Part shown: positions 47,529 through 58,744 of the stretch, piece after piece
Numbering within the stretch: the stretch's first letter is position 1
How the letters are laid out: the number at the start of each line of letters is the position of its first letter
From: Minutocellus sp. GHC0000111
Lineage: Eukaryota
Length of the DNA stretch: 64,000 nucleotides
Reading direction: 5' to 3'
Assembly (NCBI GenBank): GCA_977018835.1
Contig: OZ361256.1
Location: 1,054,001-1,118,000, forward strand
Translations under genes and position numbers: made by a program
Notes under the pieces: model-generated
Databases searched by the model: none
The model's input: the letters and a program-made list of their open reading frames with translations, nothing else
Told to the model about the DNA's origin: nothing

Positions 47529-49273
47529 TTACGCAGCAATGGGAGACTGAACGGTGGCACGGACGTTGCTGCTCTCTTCAGATCCCTGTTGTTGCTGTTG
47601 TTTCTTCAACTGCTCCCTTTTCAATCGAGCCTCCTCGGGACCGAGGCGACCAGATGCCACCATGGTGACCATATCCAACGGAGCAGCATCTTCCGGATCA
47701 GGGATGGGTCGAGTGTGAGGGGCCTCGTCGACAAGGGCTGGAGGACCCTCCAACCCAACAGCGTTGACATCCCTCGGGGGCCAGAACTCTTCCTTGCGGG
47801 AATTAAGGTAATCCACCCAAGCGGACCAGTTATCTCTCTTGACATAGGAGAGGGGACTGGCACCACGGCAGTCGCAGATGCGCAGGAGGCGGGAATCGGT
47901 ACGGAGGATGAGATCGACAACGTCGAAGTTGGGTGTGGCCGTCCAGCAAGCATCGTGGAGGGGTGTTCGGCCAAAGTCGTCCGATACTTGCAGTGAAGTG
48001 CCGGCATCCTTCAACACCTGGAGGAGGTCCATCTCCCCTCGTCGACAGACCATGTGGACGATGGACTCGCCGAAGGCATTGCAGGGATTACGAGACAGTC
48101 CGGCACGAAGGAGGCTGGCGAGGAGCTTGGCGTCGCCAGTGCGCACGGCCTGAACAATTGTGATTCCATATGATGCCTTCTGATGGTCGGTGGGCTTGCA
48201 GTAGTAGCCCGACTCGAGGCTGCAATAGTTGTTGGTGTCGTACCCACTTGTCTTTAGGATGGAGTCGAGGTAGGTTTGAGGATTCATACCCCCAACGACG
48301 GTTGGCTGTAATTCGAATGACGTAAAATATAATAATAAGATAGGAAGTGGGAAAGTTAGGGAAAGGGTGAAAATAATGATAATCTTTCGGGTTGAAGGAA
48401 TCATATCGATAACATATATATCAACGAGATACATGCAACAAATAGATGTATCAAACTCGCGCAAGAGAGGCTCCTCGTCATGCTATCTCTCATATCGGAA
48501 CCCACGGCCTGCTTCCTCTTCTGCTGTTCTTTTGCCTGCTTCTCGGCATCGACGGATCGGTGCGTGACGGAACCAGCGGGAGTCGCCGATTCGCTAGGGA
48601 GGGCGGCACCAGTAGTAGCTGTTGTCTCGGGAAGGCTGTGCGTCGACGTGGCCCGGGGTAAAATCGAGTTGGGATCGGCGCCCTGCTGTGACGACGACGA
48701 AGCTGACGCTCCGGCATACTGCGCCCGGATGGAGGCTGCGCATGCCGCCGAATACGACGACGCCAGCTGATCGGACATGTGCTGACGAAGGGCGTCGCTG
48801 GCTGGGTTGGGATGGGCCGGCGGAAGTCCCGCTGCGTGGTTGGGGTTGGTCGCAGCGGCAATGGCGGCAGCCACCGACGGCGGACCAATGATGGAGGGTC
48901 GCTTGGACAGCTTGGAAAGCAAAGGGGGCTGCGCCGTCACGGCCTGCTCCTCTCGCGGTCGCTTGCTTCCCGCAGATGGCGAACTGCCGGCATTACTAAT
49001 ACTAGTACCAGTGGCGGACGGTCCAGCATGCGATGCCGTCGTTACCGATATTGGCACCGCTTGTACCTGTGCAAGTGGCACTGCCGATGAGCTGTTGCTG
49101 CTACTTTGGTGCGCCTGCTGCTGCTGCAACATGTGTTGTTGCACCTGCTCGAGACCAGCCTGCTGCTGGGACTGCTTCGCTTCGTGTTGTGGTTGCTGCG
49201 GAACCTGGTGGGCGCAGCCTCCGTCGCCGCTCGCCGACGAAGGCAGCTGGTGGCTCATATGAGCTGGTACCAT
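47529..49273 (-). CDS. Ankyrin-repeat protein, paralog of 4722-6584; two exons with a putative GC-AG intron 48460-48306
   Basis: FGESIVHMVCRRG, FGRTPLHDACW, RGASPLSY. The Q/S/A-rich exon 1 joins in phase 0 via a GCGAGT donor and a TTACAG acceptor. Confidence 0.8.
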
Positions 49274-50007
49274 TTTGCTTTCTCTCTCTCTCTCTCTCTA
49301 CTTTTTCTTTTCCAAGACGGGAGAGACTGCGCGCTCTCGATCGACCAACCCCTTGAACTCTTTACCCAAGATCAAGATGAGACGAATCAGGACGGCTCGT
49401 GCCACTTTTCTATTGCCACTCTGCCGACAAATTACGTGATTGACGCAAGTCGTTGGCAAAATAATCAATGAAAACCGATATTGCTGCTGCTTCGATCTAC
49501 CTCAGCTCCAAATGCTAATGGCTTTGAACAGCACTGCTATGTGGCAGGGAATGCACCACCAGTTCTGATTTGCTTGGCCTGTCTTCGTCGTGCCTTCTTC
49601 GGCGCGAAACACTGACGTCCAACTGCAACTCGTCAGCTCCTGCTTTCGCGAGAGGCGAGTGGCGTGGCGACACCGACCACGTGTCGCGTCTCTCGCTGTT
49701 CGGCCTGATTTTGTCCTTTTGCGCGGAGGCAGCTGGCATCCCGTGACGTGGAAGATGACAAATATGTCAGAGCGATGCTGAGGTGGCACTGCGACGAATA
49801 CGTCGAAAAATGAAAAGGGGGAGGTTGTAGAGGAGAAAAGAGAGGAAAAGAGAAGAAGCCCCACTCCGCTCTCTCACATCTTCTCATGCACTGCCAGCAC
49901 GCCACTTGCACACTCAACGCGCTGGTCGCCGAAAGCTTCCCTCATTATCTATTATCGAAAGAACGCAATCCAAATATAACAGAACAAAGTACGCATATAA
50001 TACCACC

Positions 50008-52679
50008 ATGAGCGCAAGGCGAAAGGGCACCGCCCTCGCCGCCATCGGCCTGATCGGCGGGCCCTTTTCCGTGACACATGCCTTCCACGCGCCTTCCTCG
50101 GCAACGTCCCGCACCCGCGCTCGGGGCCGTCATGTCCCAACGTCACCGTTCCGCAACGCCGCGGTGCACTCTCCCCTCTTCACCTCGACCCATCGGCATC
50201 ATCGGCGGATACCGGGGCTGTTCGTGGGTGGAAGCAGAAGGTCGGGCGGCAGACGAAATGGTGACAGTAACAGTGGCATCGGTAGCAGCACCGAGCTCAA
50301 CGTACTGACAACTCCCGAGGCCATCTTCGAGGAAACCAGTACGCAAAATTTGCTCGACGATCTCATCGACGAGTCGGTCCGAACGTCGGCGAGACGGCCG
50401 GTTATGATGCAGTTTGACCCCAGCTCTGGTTGGATGTGAGTTGATTTGTCTTTCTTTGCAAGATGTTGTTGTTCACGGCACGTTATGTGCAACTCATGTT
50501 CCATGTTTTTTTAACCCACACACTCATTCCTCTCATGTTCTACACTCTCCCAGATGGAAGAGATGGAGAGGGACGGTATTCTCGGAAACCTGGCCCAGTG
50601 TCGTGCGGAATATGTGTCTTGCTCTTTGTGTTTCGCTTCTCCATACCCTCTGTCCTGGCTTTATCAATCGCACTCTGTCTGGCTTTGACATCCTGTGGGG
50701 TCAGTTATTGTCAGTCACTACATTCACTCTGACCTTCTTCCTCAACCAGTCCTACGCTCTTTGGCGCAAGTGCTACGAGCTAAGCCGACGCCTCCAGGGA
50801 CGGTTAAATGATTTGGGGATGACCATGGCGGCACATGCCGCCCGAACCGTCAAGATGACCAGCGGTGGCGGCAGTGCAGATGGAGAAGGAGGGGTCGGCG
50901 GTGCCGGTGCCGGTGCCGACTACGTGTCGCGGTACACCACCGAGTCCAGCCAAATTCTGCAGGTGATGGCTCGGTACATCCGGATGTTCAATCTCATGAC
51001 GTACGCCTCGTTCACCCGGTCGCATCGGCCGATACTGACCCCCCGCGGAATGCGTCGGCTCGTCGAACGCGGCCTCCTCACCGCACGGGAGAGGGAGGTT
51101 TTGGTCGATTCCGAGCTGCCCCCCACGCAACGGCACAACGCTGTGCTGATGTGGATCATTCGAATTTTCCAGGAAGGTCGAGAGGCTGGTCACATTGAAG
51201 GTGGAGCTGGCTTTGAGCAGCAGTTCATGGAGAAATGTCACGTCATTCGAGCTCAGTACGGTGCCATCGGCGATGAGCTGAGCGGGAGAATGCCGCTCGC
51301 ATATGCCCACATTGTTCAAGTGCTGGTGGACGTGGTTCTTTGGATGTATCCCTTCATGGCCATTTCGAGACAGATGAGCGTCTTCCTCACTGTTTTGGGC
51401 ACGGGGTGAGTTTCGTCGAGTACTTCACTTATATTGAAGGTTGCGGTTGCACAATTGATCGACCCTTTACCTCTTTTTGTAGGAATTCCTATTTCAATAC
51501 TGAATACTGACTTACTTTCCTCTTTTCCTCGTTTTTTTTAGCTTGCTCACAATGTTCTACCAAGGATTGTTTGATCTGTCGAAGCAATTCCTTGATCCCT
51601 ACGACAACGAGAACTATGGCAAGGGAGAAGATCCACTATGCGTCGACACGCTCATTGCTGAGAGTAATTCTGGCTCCATGCGTTGGTTCAATGGATTGAA
51701 CAAGCTTCCATTCTCGGCACAGTTGCTCCAAAGGGGGCAGATGGACGAATATGTGCTACCCTTGGGAGGATATACCGTGGCCGAAGTCGAGGAAATAGAA
51801 CTGCGAAAGGAAGCTGAGCGAATCAGGCTGGAAAGAGAGGCGGCTGCCGAGGACGACGCAGATCGAGATGTTTTGTACGACGAGGAGACCATTGCAGAAA
51901 TACTGGACGAAAGTGTGGTGAATGGAGACGGCGTTGTCAAGTCGCCTGCTGCATCCACTGAAACTCCGGCCGCTGTTGCCAATATTGCCAACGACACGAT
52001 TGCCATGACCTCCCCCGCAGACATTGAAGAAGAGCTCGAGGCCATCACTGCCATGAAGGAAAGTTCCATGAAGGAAGAGGTCGGCAAGGCCGTCTGGGGG
52101 ATGGAAGATCGTGTGGAGGAATGCCTTGGCAACCCAGACGATTGTCTCGACGAATCCGAAGCTTTTGCCGTCGCCGAAGCAGAGCAGGATATTGAAGAAT
52201 TCGCAGAGGAGGAACAAGAGGATGACGTTGAGACAGCATCTGCAATTGCCGCGGCGGCTGAGGCTGAATTCTTGGAAACTGAGGCTATTCTCAACGCCCC
52301 ACCGAATGCTGATTTCCTCCCAGAGGAGGACCTCGAAGATGCCAAGCTAAAGGAGAAGAAGGAGGTAGAGATAGAGAAGCAAGAGAAGAGGATGCTGAAG
52401 AAGAAGAAAATGGATGCGGGAAGCGAAACTCTCCTGGTGGCCAAGGGCGTGATGGAAATTGCCGAAGAGGTGGAAGCCGAGCTCGAAGAGAAGTCTCTTC
52501 GGGAGGCTGACGGTCTCAACGCTCTGGACATGGACGTCGAAATGGAGGTTGATATGGCTGACTTGCAAGTAGGCATCGTCAGGCCGAATGGAGGCAACCC
52601 AAACGGCAGTGGGACAACCAAGAGAAACACCAATCCGCCACATTTGTCGTATCAGGACTCACTTGAGACGAGGGAATGA
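50008..52679 (+). CDS. Bestrophin-family anion channel, plastid-targeted, with long acidic C-terminus; 3 exons
   Basis: Presequence ...SVTHAFHAP. TFTLTFFLNQSYALWR, RMPLAYAHIVQVLVD, FYQGLFDLSKQFLDPY. Introns 50436-50553 and 51406-51541. Confidence 0.88.
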
Positions 52680-53118
52680 TGAAAATGAAATGTTACCGGT
52701 ATGTTCATGGGGATTTAAGGGATGATTCATTTTATAGGCTGCATGTAAGATTCTAGATCTGATGATAAATTACACATAGAGGGCACTGTCCTCGAGCTAC
52801 GTAGCTAGCTACGTAGCTCGGAATGATATCGGAACCCTGCAGGTAGGTACCGGTACGCGGTAACCGCCCCTCCAGCCTTTCTTTTTTGTTGTTGTTTTTT
52901 CTTTAGAGAGCGAGAGGCGGTGCGGCGCGCGATGGTCGGCAGATCGCCCGGCAGATGTACGTACCGTACGTACGAGTACCAAACGACAGCCAAACGAGTT
53001 CACAGCAGCAGCAGCAGCAGCAAGCGAGCCTGAGGCCTGAGCCATACATGAGCGCAACACATGACGTGCTGTATCTTCCGCTCTGTCACTTCACTCTTAC
53101 GAGTACTTATATGGCAAA

Positions 53119-54021
53119 ATGGAAACCAGCACAAAGGTTCTCCACTCGGAGCACCATGCCCTGTTGCAGGCCGAGTCCTCCGATGTTGCTGCAGTATCCA
53201 TCATCGACCCGGCCACTTTGACGGCGGCCGATACCTTGCTTATTGTCGACGTTCAGCATGATTTTTTGCCAGGCGGTGCGTTCGGGGTGGCCGAGGGAGA
53301 TGAAATCCTCTCTGGCATCTGCTCACTGATTCCCAAGTTTGTCGACGCCGGTGCGACTGTGGTCGCCACCCGTGATTATCACCCTCGCAATCACTGCAGT
53401 TTCAACACGCACGGTGGACCGTTTCCTCCCCACTGCATCCAGGGCAGCAAGGGCAGTCAGCTGCATGATTCGATAGCAGAGACCCTCCAACCCTATCTTG
53501 CCGACAAGGAGAGCGGCGGCAAACCCGATAAGGTCCACGTCGTGTATAAGGCCTTTAGTCCAGATATCGACTCCTTCGGTGCATTCGAGTACGCCGAGTC
53601 CAATTCCACCGGTCGACTTACAACGAGGACGGAACCTCCCGCCGAATGCCATTGCTCAGTCAACTGGACTGGTGGCTTCGTCCTATACTCCAGCATGCTT
53701 TGCGAAGATGCCAATGCACCACCCGATGTGATGAGCGTCCTCTCCAAGAAGGCTCTGGCGGATGTTGTGCCCAAGGGAGGTCGGATGTTTGTTTGTGGAC
53801 TTGCCATGGATTTTTGCGTAATCGCTTCGGCCGTCAACTTTGTTACCAGTGGGGCCAGCGCTGCCGATGCCAAGGGCACATACATTGTCCATGGATTGAC
53901 CAGGGCGGCGCATATTCCTGGAGTCGGAGGACACGGAAGCGGATTCCTAACAGATCCAAAGGATCTGGTCGGAAAGATGAAGGATAATGGTATTGGACTG
54001 GTTGACTTTGACGGTGCATAG
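53119..54021 (+). CDS. PNC1: Nicotinamidase/pyrazinamidase (isochorismatase family)
   Basis: LLIVDVQHDFLPGG, TRDYHPRNHCSF, FPPHCIQGSKG, VCGLAMDFCV. Confidence 0.9.
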   Translation: METSTKVLHSEHHALLQAESSDVAAVSIIDPATLTAADTLLIVDVQHDFLPGGAFGVAEGDEILSGICSLIPKFVDAGATVVATRDYHPRNHCSFNTHGGPFPPHCIQGSKGSQLHDSIAETLQPYLADKESGGKPDKVHVVYKAFSPDIDSFGAFEYAESNSTGRLTTRTEPPAECHCSVNWTGGFVLYSSMLCEDANAPPDVMSVLSKKALADVVPKGGRMFVCGLAMDFCVIASAVNFVTSGASAADAKGTYIVHGLTRAAHIPGVGGHGSGFLTDPKDLVGKMKDNGIGLVDFDGA

Positions 54022-54424
54022 AGCGTTGTGGCTCGTGGGTATATTGGTTACCGAGAAGTAGTTTGGCTCAAGTGACGGGCATTAGTAGAGTTATGTCCCA
54101 CCAGCGTTGGGATAGAGATATTGCATCGATTGATTCTGGTCATCGTCACCTTTATGTTTCACCGAAAGCCTTCGTATTTGTAATATATATTTTTTTAATT
54201 TAGTATTAGTATCCAATTTCCTCAATATGTATACTTCTACGAAGTTACAATACGGAAGAACTTTTTTGCCAACTAGAGATGGGGGCAGTGAATGCCATGC
54301 TGCATGTACAGTATTGATACTTTTTTCGAGTGTGGACTTGTGTGGTGATGCAGTTCAATTCTGCCTATTAGGTCTAAATGCTCAATGTTGCAAAGTAGCA
54401 ATATCAAGTCACTCATACATTTAC

Positions 54425-54838
54425 TTACTGCTCGGTGGCAACCTGGGCCGGATCTGCGGCGGTGCCAAACAGCTTATCATAAGTGCCTTGGGCACCTTCG
54501 TCGGGCTCGACGCGGATGAGCTTGCCATCCTGGAAAGTGCCAGTGGAGCTCGCAACGCTAGACGTGCCGTCGGCAAAATTTAGCCGAACGGTGTACCGGA
54601 CCAGCGGGTGACTGCCTCTCTCGATGGCTTCGAACTTGAGCATGTCAACACTTCCACCGCTCTTGATGAAGTTCTCGACGGCAGCGAGCCACTCGGAGTA
54701 GTTCTGCAGCTTGTCACCATGACGAATGATGATATCAGGATGCGCGAGATTGAGAGCAAATGGCTTCGCTTCATCCCAACTTTTCTTTCCATCCAAGGCT
54801 GCAAAGTAGGATGTTAGAGTGCGGAGTTCGGCAGACAT
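54425..54838 (-). CDS. Small SnoaL/NTF2-like protein
   Basis: MSAELRTLTSYFAALDG...AHPDIII...GTFQDGKLIRVE is typical of the NTF2-like pattern. Confidence 0.55.
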   Translation of the reverse strand: MSAELRTLTSYFAALDGKKSWDEAKPFALNLAHPDIIIRHGDKLQNYSEWLAAVENFIKSGGSVDMLKFEAIERGSHPLVRYTVRLNFADGTSSVASSTGTFQDGKLIRVEPDEGAQGTYDKLFGTAADPAQVATEQ

Positions 54839-55104
54839 GATGGCTCTTTGTCGGGACGATTGGTGACGATTTGTATCTTTCATCAGGCGTCAAAACTGTA
54901 TCTTCGCAGCAATCAAAGAAGCACGAGGGTTCGCAAATACTGCGAACCCTCAAAGCGGGTGTCTGGTGTCAACAGCTCTATCATCGTCCCCTTCGTCGAA
55001 CATCGCACCTGCTCCATTCCATCAGCTCAGCTCCTATCGCTCCCATTCCCGTCTCTGATTTCATACAATCAACAGAGTATATAAACCAATTGCACCTCTC
55101 GAAA

Positions 55105-55935
55105 ATGCTGACTACAATCGGCAAGCAGAATGTCCCAGCTCTTTTGCGGGAAGTTGCGAAATCTCCCAAGGTTTACCCTGCCATGTCACATGCTGTCGAG
55201 GTCGTGACATCGTCGGCCAAGTTCACATCTCTTTCGCCAGCTAAGAAAACGATAGCACCCTATAGGGTCATCCATGCACCAAGGCCCAAGCCTGAACTGC
55301 AATCTTGGAACGTCCACCACGGAACTACCTCACTCTCGGCAGCTCAGCACACATTGATGCAGTTGCAGGGATGGAACCATCATGACCCCCTCTCTCAGCT
55401 CCTTGGCAATCTTCCCGACAGGCTCACCCAAACCACTCCTCCTGCCATAGATGTCATCGAAATGGCAAAGGAGATTGAGCGAATCGAAGAAGATGCATTG
55501 GATGAGATTGCCGTGAGTACCGGAAGAGCTGGACCTTCGAAAGAAGAGATGAATCATGCTACCAACCTCAAGTTTCCGTATTATCCACAGTACGCGAGTG
55601 ATCTGATAGACAAATCATATGAAATGGAGAACACAAAATCTTCCAAGCCGTCTCCCATCCTCAAACAGGCATCCCCCCCTCTTGATCAGGCCCCATCGGA
55701 TTACCCTCAAGGCGCTTCGGACCTGTGCGATGTTGCCTACCAGATGGATCACCCACCAGAAGAAACCACAAAGCCACAGAAAAAAGGCACCGACCGGCTG
55801 TATCCTCAGTACCATCCCGAAATGTATGGCGCATCGGATCTCGTCGACAAGGCCTTTGAACTTGACCACCCTGAATTGATGATAAAGAAGAAGAAGTTAT
55901 CGTTTGCTACATGTAAATATATGTGTATGCAGTGA
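55105..55935 (+). CDS. Hypothetical protein with three YPQ..ASDLxDxx(Y/F)xxD/E repeats
   Basis: Open frame from ATG 55105 with a basic, hydroxylated N-terminus and internal peptide repeats. Confidence 0.6.
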   Translation: MLTTIGKQNVPALLREVAKSPKVYPAMSHAVEVVTSSAKFTSLSPAKKTIAPYRVIHAPRPKPELQSWNVHHGTTSLSAAQHTLMQLQGWNHHDPLSQLLGNLPDRLTQTTPPAIDVIEMAKEIERIEEDALDEIAVSTGRAGPSKEEMNHATNLKFPYYPQYASDLIDKSYEMENTKSSKPSPILKQASPPLDQAPSDYPQGASDLCDVAYQMDHPPEETTKPQKKGTDRLYPQYHPEMYGASDLVDKAFELDHPELMIKKKKLSFATCKYMCMQ

Positions 55936-56147
55936 TGAAAAAAATGGTTGCCACCTTTTTATTAATTATGCGCATGTTCCTGCCCTTTTTTTTTATGCGC
56001 ATGCCTCTACCCACTTTCATTGTGCAGTAGGAATTCCTAGAGTCTACCCTTGCAATATTTATATACATGTATTTGGAGTATATATTTCTAAAACAGCTGC
56101 AGCTGTACAGCTGTAGAAACTACATGTAGATCTAGATCTCTAGACTA

Positions 56148-57101
56148 GAGTAGGTGCCAAAATAAGGCGGAAGTTGAGGAGATGTTGGTTTTCAGTTACT
56201 AAAAGTAAATGAAACTAGCTAATACTCTCGTAAATTGAAGTATTAGGTGTGGTGGTTACCTCCAAAAATTGGGAGTTGCTCATTTTGATGAGAAGGTGCC
56301 GAGCGAGGCAAAAGAAATTTCGAGGCTCCGCCTCGAGTGACGAAATAAGGCGGCTAACAAATTGCTACGTAGTAAATGACAATAGTCCCGCCAAAAAATA
56401 TGTTGGAGATGAGTCAGGGTGTTGGTACAGTCCGTCCCCGATGATAAGCATATCCATTCTGGGGCTGAGGTCTCAAAATGCTTATGTAAAGGCAAAATCT
56501 GAGGTCTCACCTAAGCATGTGCTTATTTGATGATGACGTGGCAATACCAAGTAGCAAAAATAAGGTCTAAGGAGAGAGGAAGCAGCATTATAGATCTACC
56601 CGGATTACTCGCGCAAACAATGTGAAACCTCTCCAGACCGCAAGACCAGCCTTATTCCAGCTTGACTACACACCAAGCCTTCAACCCGGCCTCCAGAGAA
56701 GCCTCTTCCTCACCATAACGAAGAAGCTTCTCAAAGTTCTCCTTGGAAAGATAGAGCATCCCCCCGCCAAAGTCCTGGAATGAACGACACCGCGTTCCAG
56801 CCCCATTCAAAGAAAAAGACAACTGAGGGCCTGACTGTTACGTCTGAGGGCCTGCCATGAGAGAAAAATAAGCATGACACTAAAAAGCTGAGGTCTGCTT
56901 ATGCTTGTCAGCAGCTAAAATTCGAGGTCCCAAGCAAGCATGTCAAACATGCTTATCATCGGGGACGGACTGTAGTGGTTAACAACTAGCACCGCTAGCT
57001 TCTACTAGTAATTACCTAGTGGCTACAACTAGGGTTGATGGAGGATGATGAGTCCCTCCGCCTGCCTTATAAAGTGCAACGCCTTATTTTGGCACCTGCT
57101 C
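56148..57101. mobile_element. Non-autonomous TIR element (outer MITE) at a CTAG/TA site
   Basis: GAGTAGGTGCCAAAATAAGGCG ... CGCCTTATTTTGGCACCTGCTC: 22 bp with 1 mismatch, TA on both sides. Confidence 0.85.
56428..56972. mobile_element. Tc1/mariner(pogo)-type MITE, 545 bp, nested in the outer element
   Basis: Perfect 24-bp TIR CAGTCCGTCCCCGATGATAAGCAT with TA duplication (56426-27, 56973-74). Internal CTGAGGTCT and TAAGCAT subrepeats. Confidence 0.9.
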
Positions 57102-57662
57102 TAGATAGATGATAGATCGATCTCTCTTACAGAATCTTTTTTACATGTAGATCTAGAATTCCTAGACTCTAGATCTAGAGTCTAGCTAGTAGGATTCCTA
57201 CATGTAGATCTAGATCTACTGTACCACTGTGTGGTAGATCTCTACATGTAATTCCAATTTTTGCATTAAAATGCAACGAATTTCTAGGAGGAATCATTAC
57301 CGGTATGCTAAAAATTTGCGCAGGGCTCAAACCAATCAGTTGAGAGAGCGGTCAGTTTGCCGGTAGGATTCAAGTACCGGTAGATCTAGTCTACCGGTAC
57401 ATGTATTCGATACCGGTACATGTACCGGTCGGTACCTTTTGCTGGAGACGATACATGTAGCGGATGGCTTGATTGAATGGACCCGTTCGACTCACTCGAC
57501 TGACTCGACTCAGTGACGATTGCGCATGCGCTGGAACTGCCGGCCACCAATTCAACCCATCTCGACGAAGGACCGGAAGAAGGACAAAACTGCTTTACCG
57601 GTATTAGGAGACACCAGGTCCTAGCCACGTAGCTAGCATATTGCAATATTGTTTTACTCAAA

Positions 57663-58549
57663 ATGAAGAGTCATATCATCCTGGGGCTTGCTGCTGCGTC
57701 ATCGGCGAGTGCGTTTGCTCCCACCGTCAAAACAAATGCCGCAACCGCCACCGCCCATTCCGCACGGTCGCCTCTTTCTGCATTGCAAATGACGACCGAG
57801 GATGAGGACGGCAACATTGTCTCGCCCTTCGCTGCCGGTGGCGCTTCCTCTGACAGCGACGATGCCCTTGATGCTGCCGTCGCCACCTTTGACACTCCCG
57901 ACGTCCTCCCCCCACCATCCGAGGATGAGTTGCTCGAGCTAACCTTTGAGAATGTGGACTTAGTTCTCGATGAAATGCGACCGTACCTGATCCAGGACGG
58001 AGGCAATGTCCGCATTGAGGAGATTGATGGCCCGGTGGTTCGGCTCCAGCTGGAGGGAGCGTGCGGGACCTGCCCGAGTTCGACGCAGACCATGAAGATG
58101 GGACTGGAGCGGCGGCTGCGGGAGCGGATACCGGAAATTCAGGAGGTCGTCCAAGCTATGCCGGAGGGACCGGAGCTCAGCGAGGAACAGGTCGATGTCG
58201 TCCTTGGTGAGTGAATATGGTGCAATTTGGCGTTGTCCAGTGGAAATATGTATTCATGTTTGCTGCTTTCAATTTTGAATTGCAACACTCATGCTGCTTT
58301 TTATCTTCAATTTACGACGTACATGCTGAAAATACAATGGTACGTGAAGATGGCGTCCGACCTTTCCTGAGTGTGGCGGGAGGTAGCATTACGTGCCAAA
58401 GTATTACCGGCGAGGGAAGCGTCCAGCCTCAAATTACGTTGAAGATGGAAGGTGCCAGTGCTAGTTTGCAGAGTGTGAAACTAGAGATTGTCCAAAGGCT
58501 GCAACGACATTTCATGTTGGCTGGACTCAAAGTGGAATGGGATGATTAA
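57663..58549 (+). CDS. NFU: Plastid NifU-like Fe-S scaffold/carrier (two NFU domains)
   Basis: MKSHIILGLAAASSASAFAP bipartite presequence. VLDEMRPYLIQDGGNV...LEGACGTCPSS. Intron 58207-58349, then a second degenerate NFU domain. Confidence 0.93.
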
Positions 58550-58744
58550 GTTACGAAAGAAGGGCAATTGGTTCGTTGGAAATGGCACTACTTTCCGATG
58601 CGATGAACATCGAAATTGAACCTTCCTGAACCTACGTAGTAAGGTCGAGAGCCCTTGAACGAAAATGCTCATGTCATTCAAAACATGTAAGAGCTAGAGA
58701 GTCTAGATCTAACACGATGGATATGACATAAATCTGCTAGGGAG

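Noticed and set aside
51614..52633. 339-aa Ser-rich antisense ORF
   Set aside because: It is the mirror of the Glu-rich bestrophin tail.
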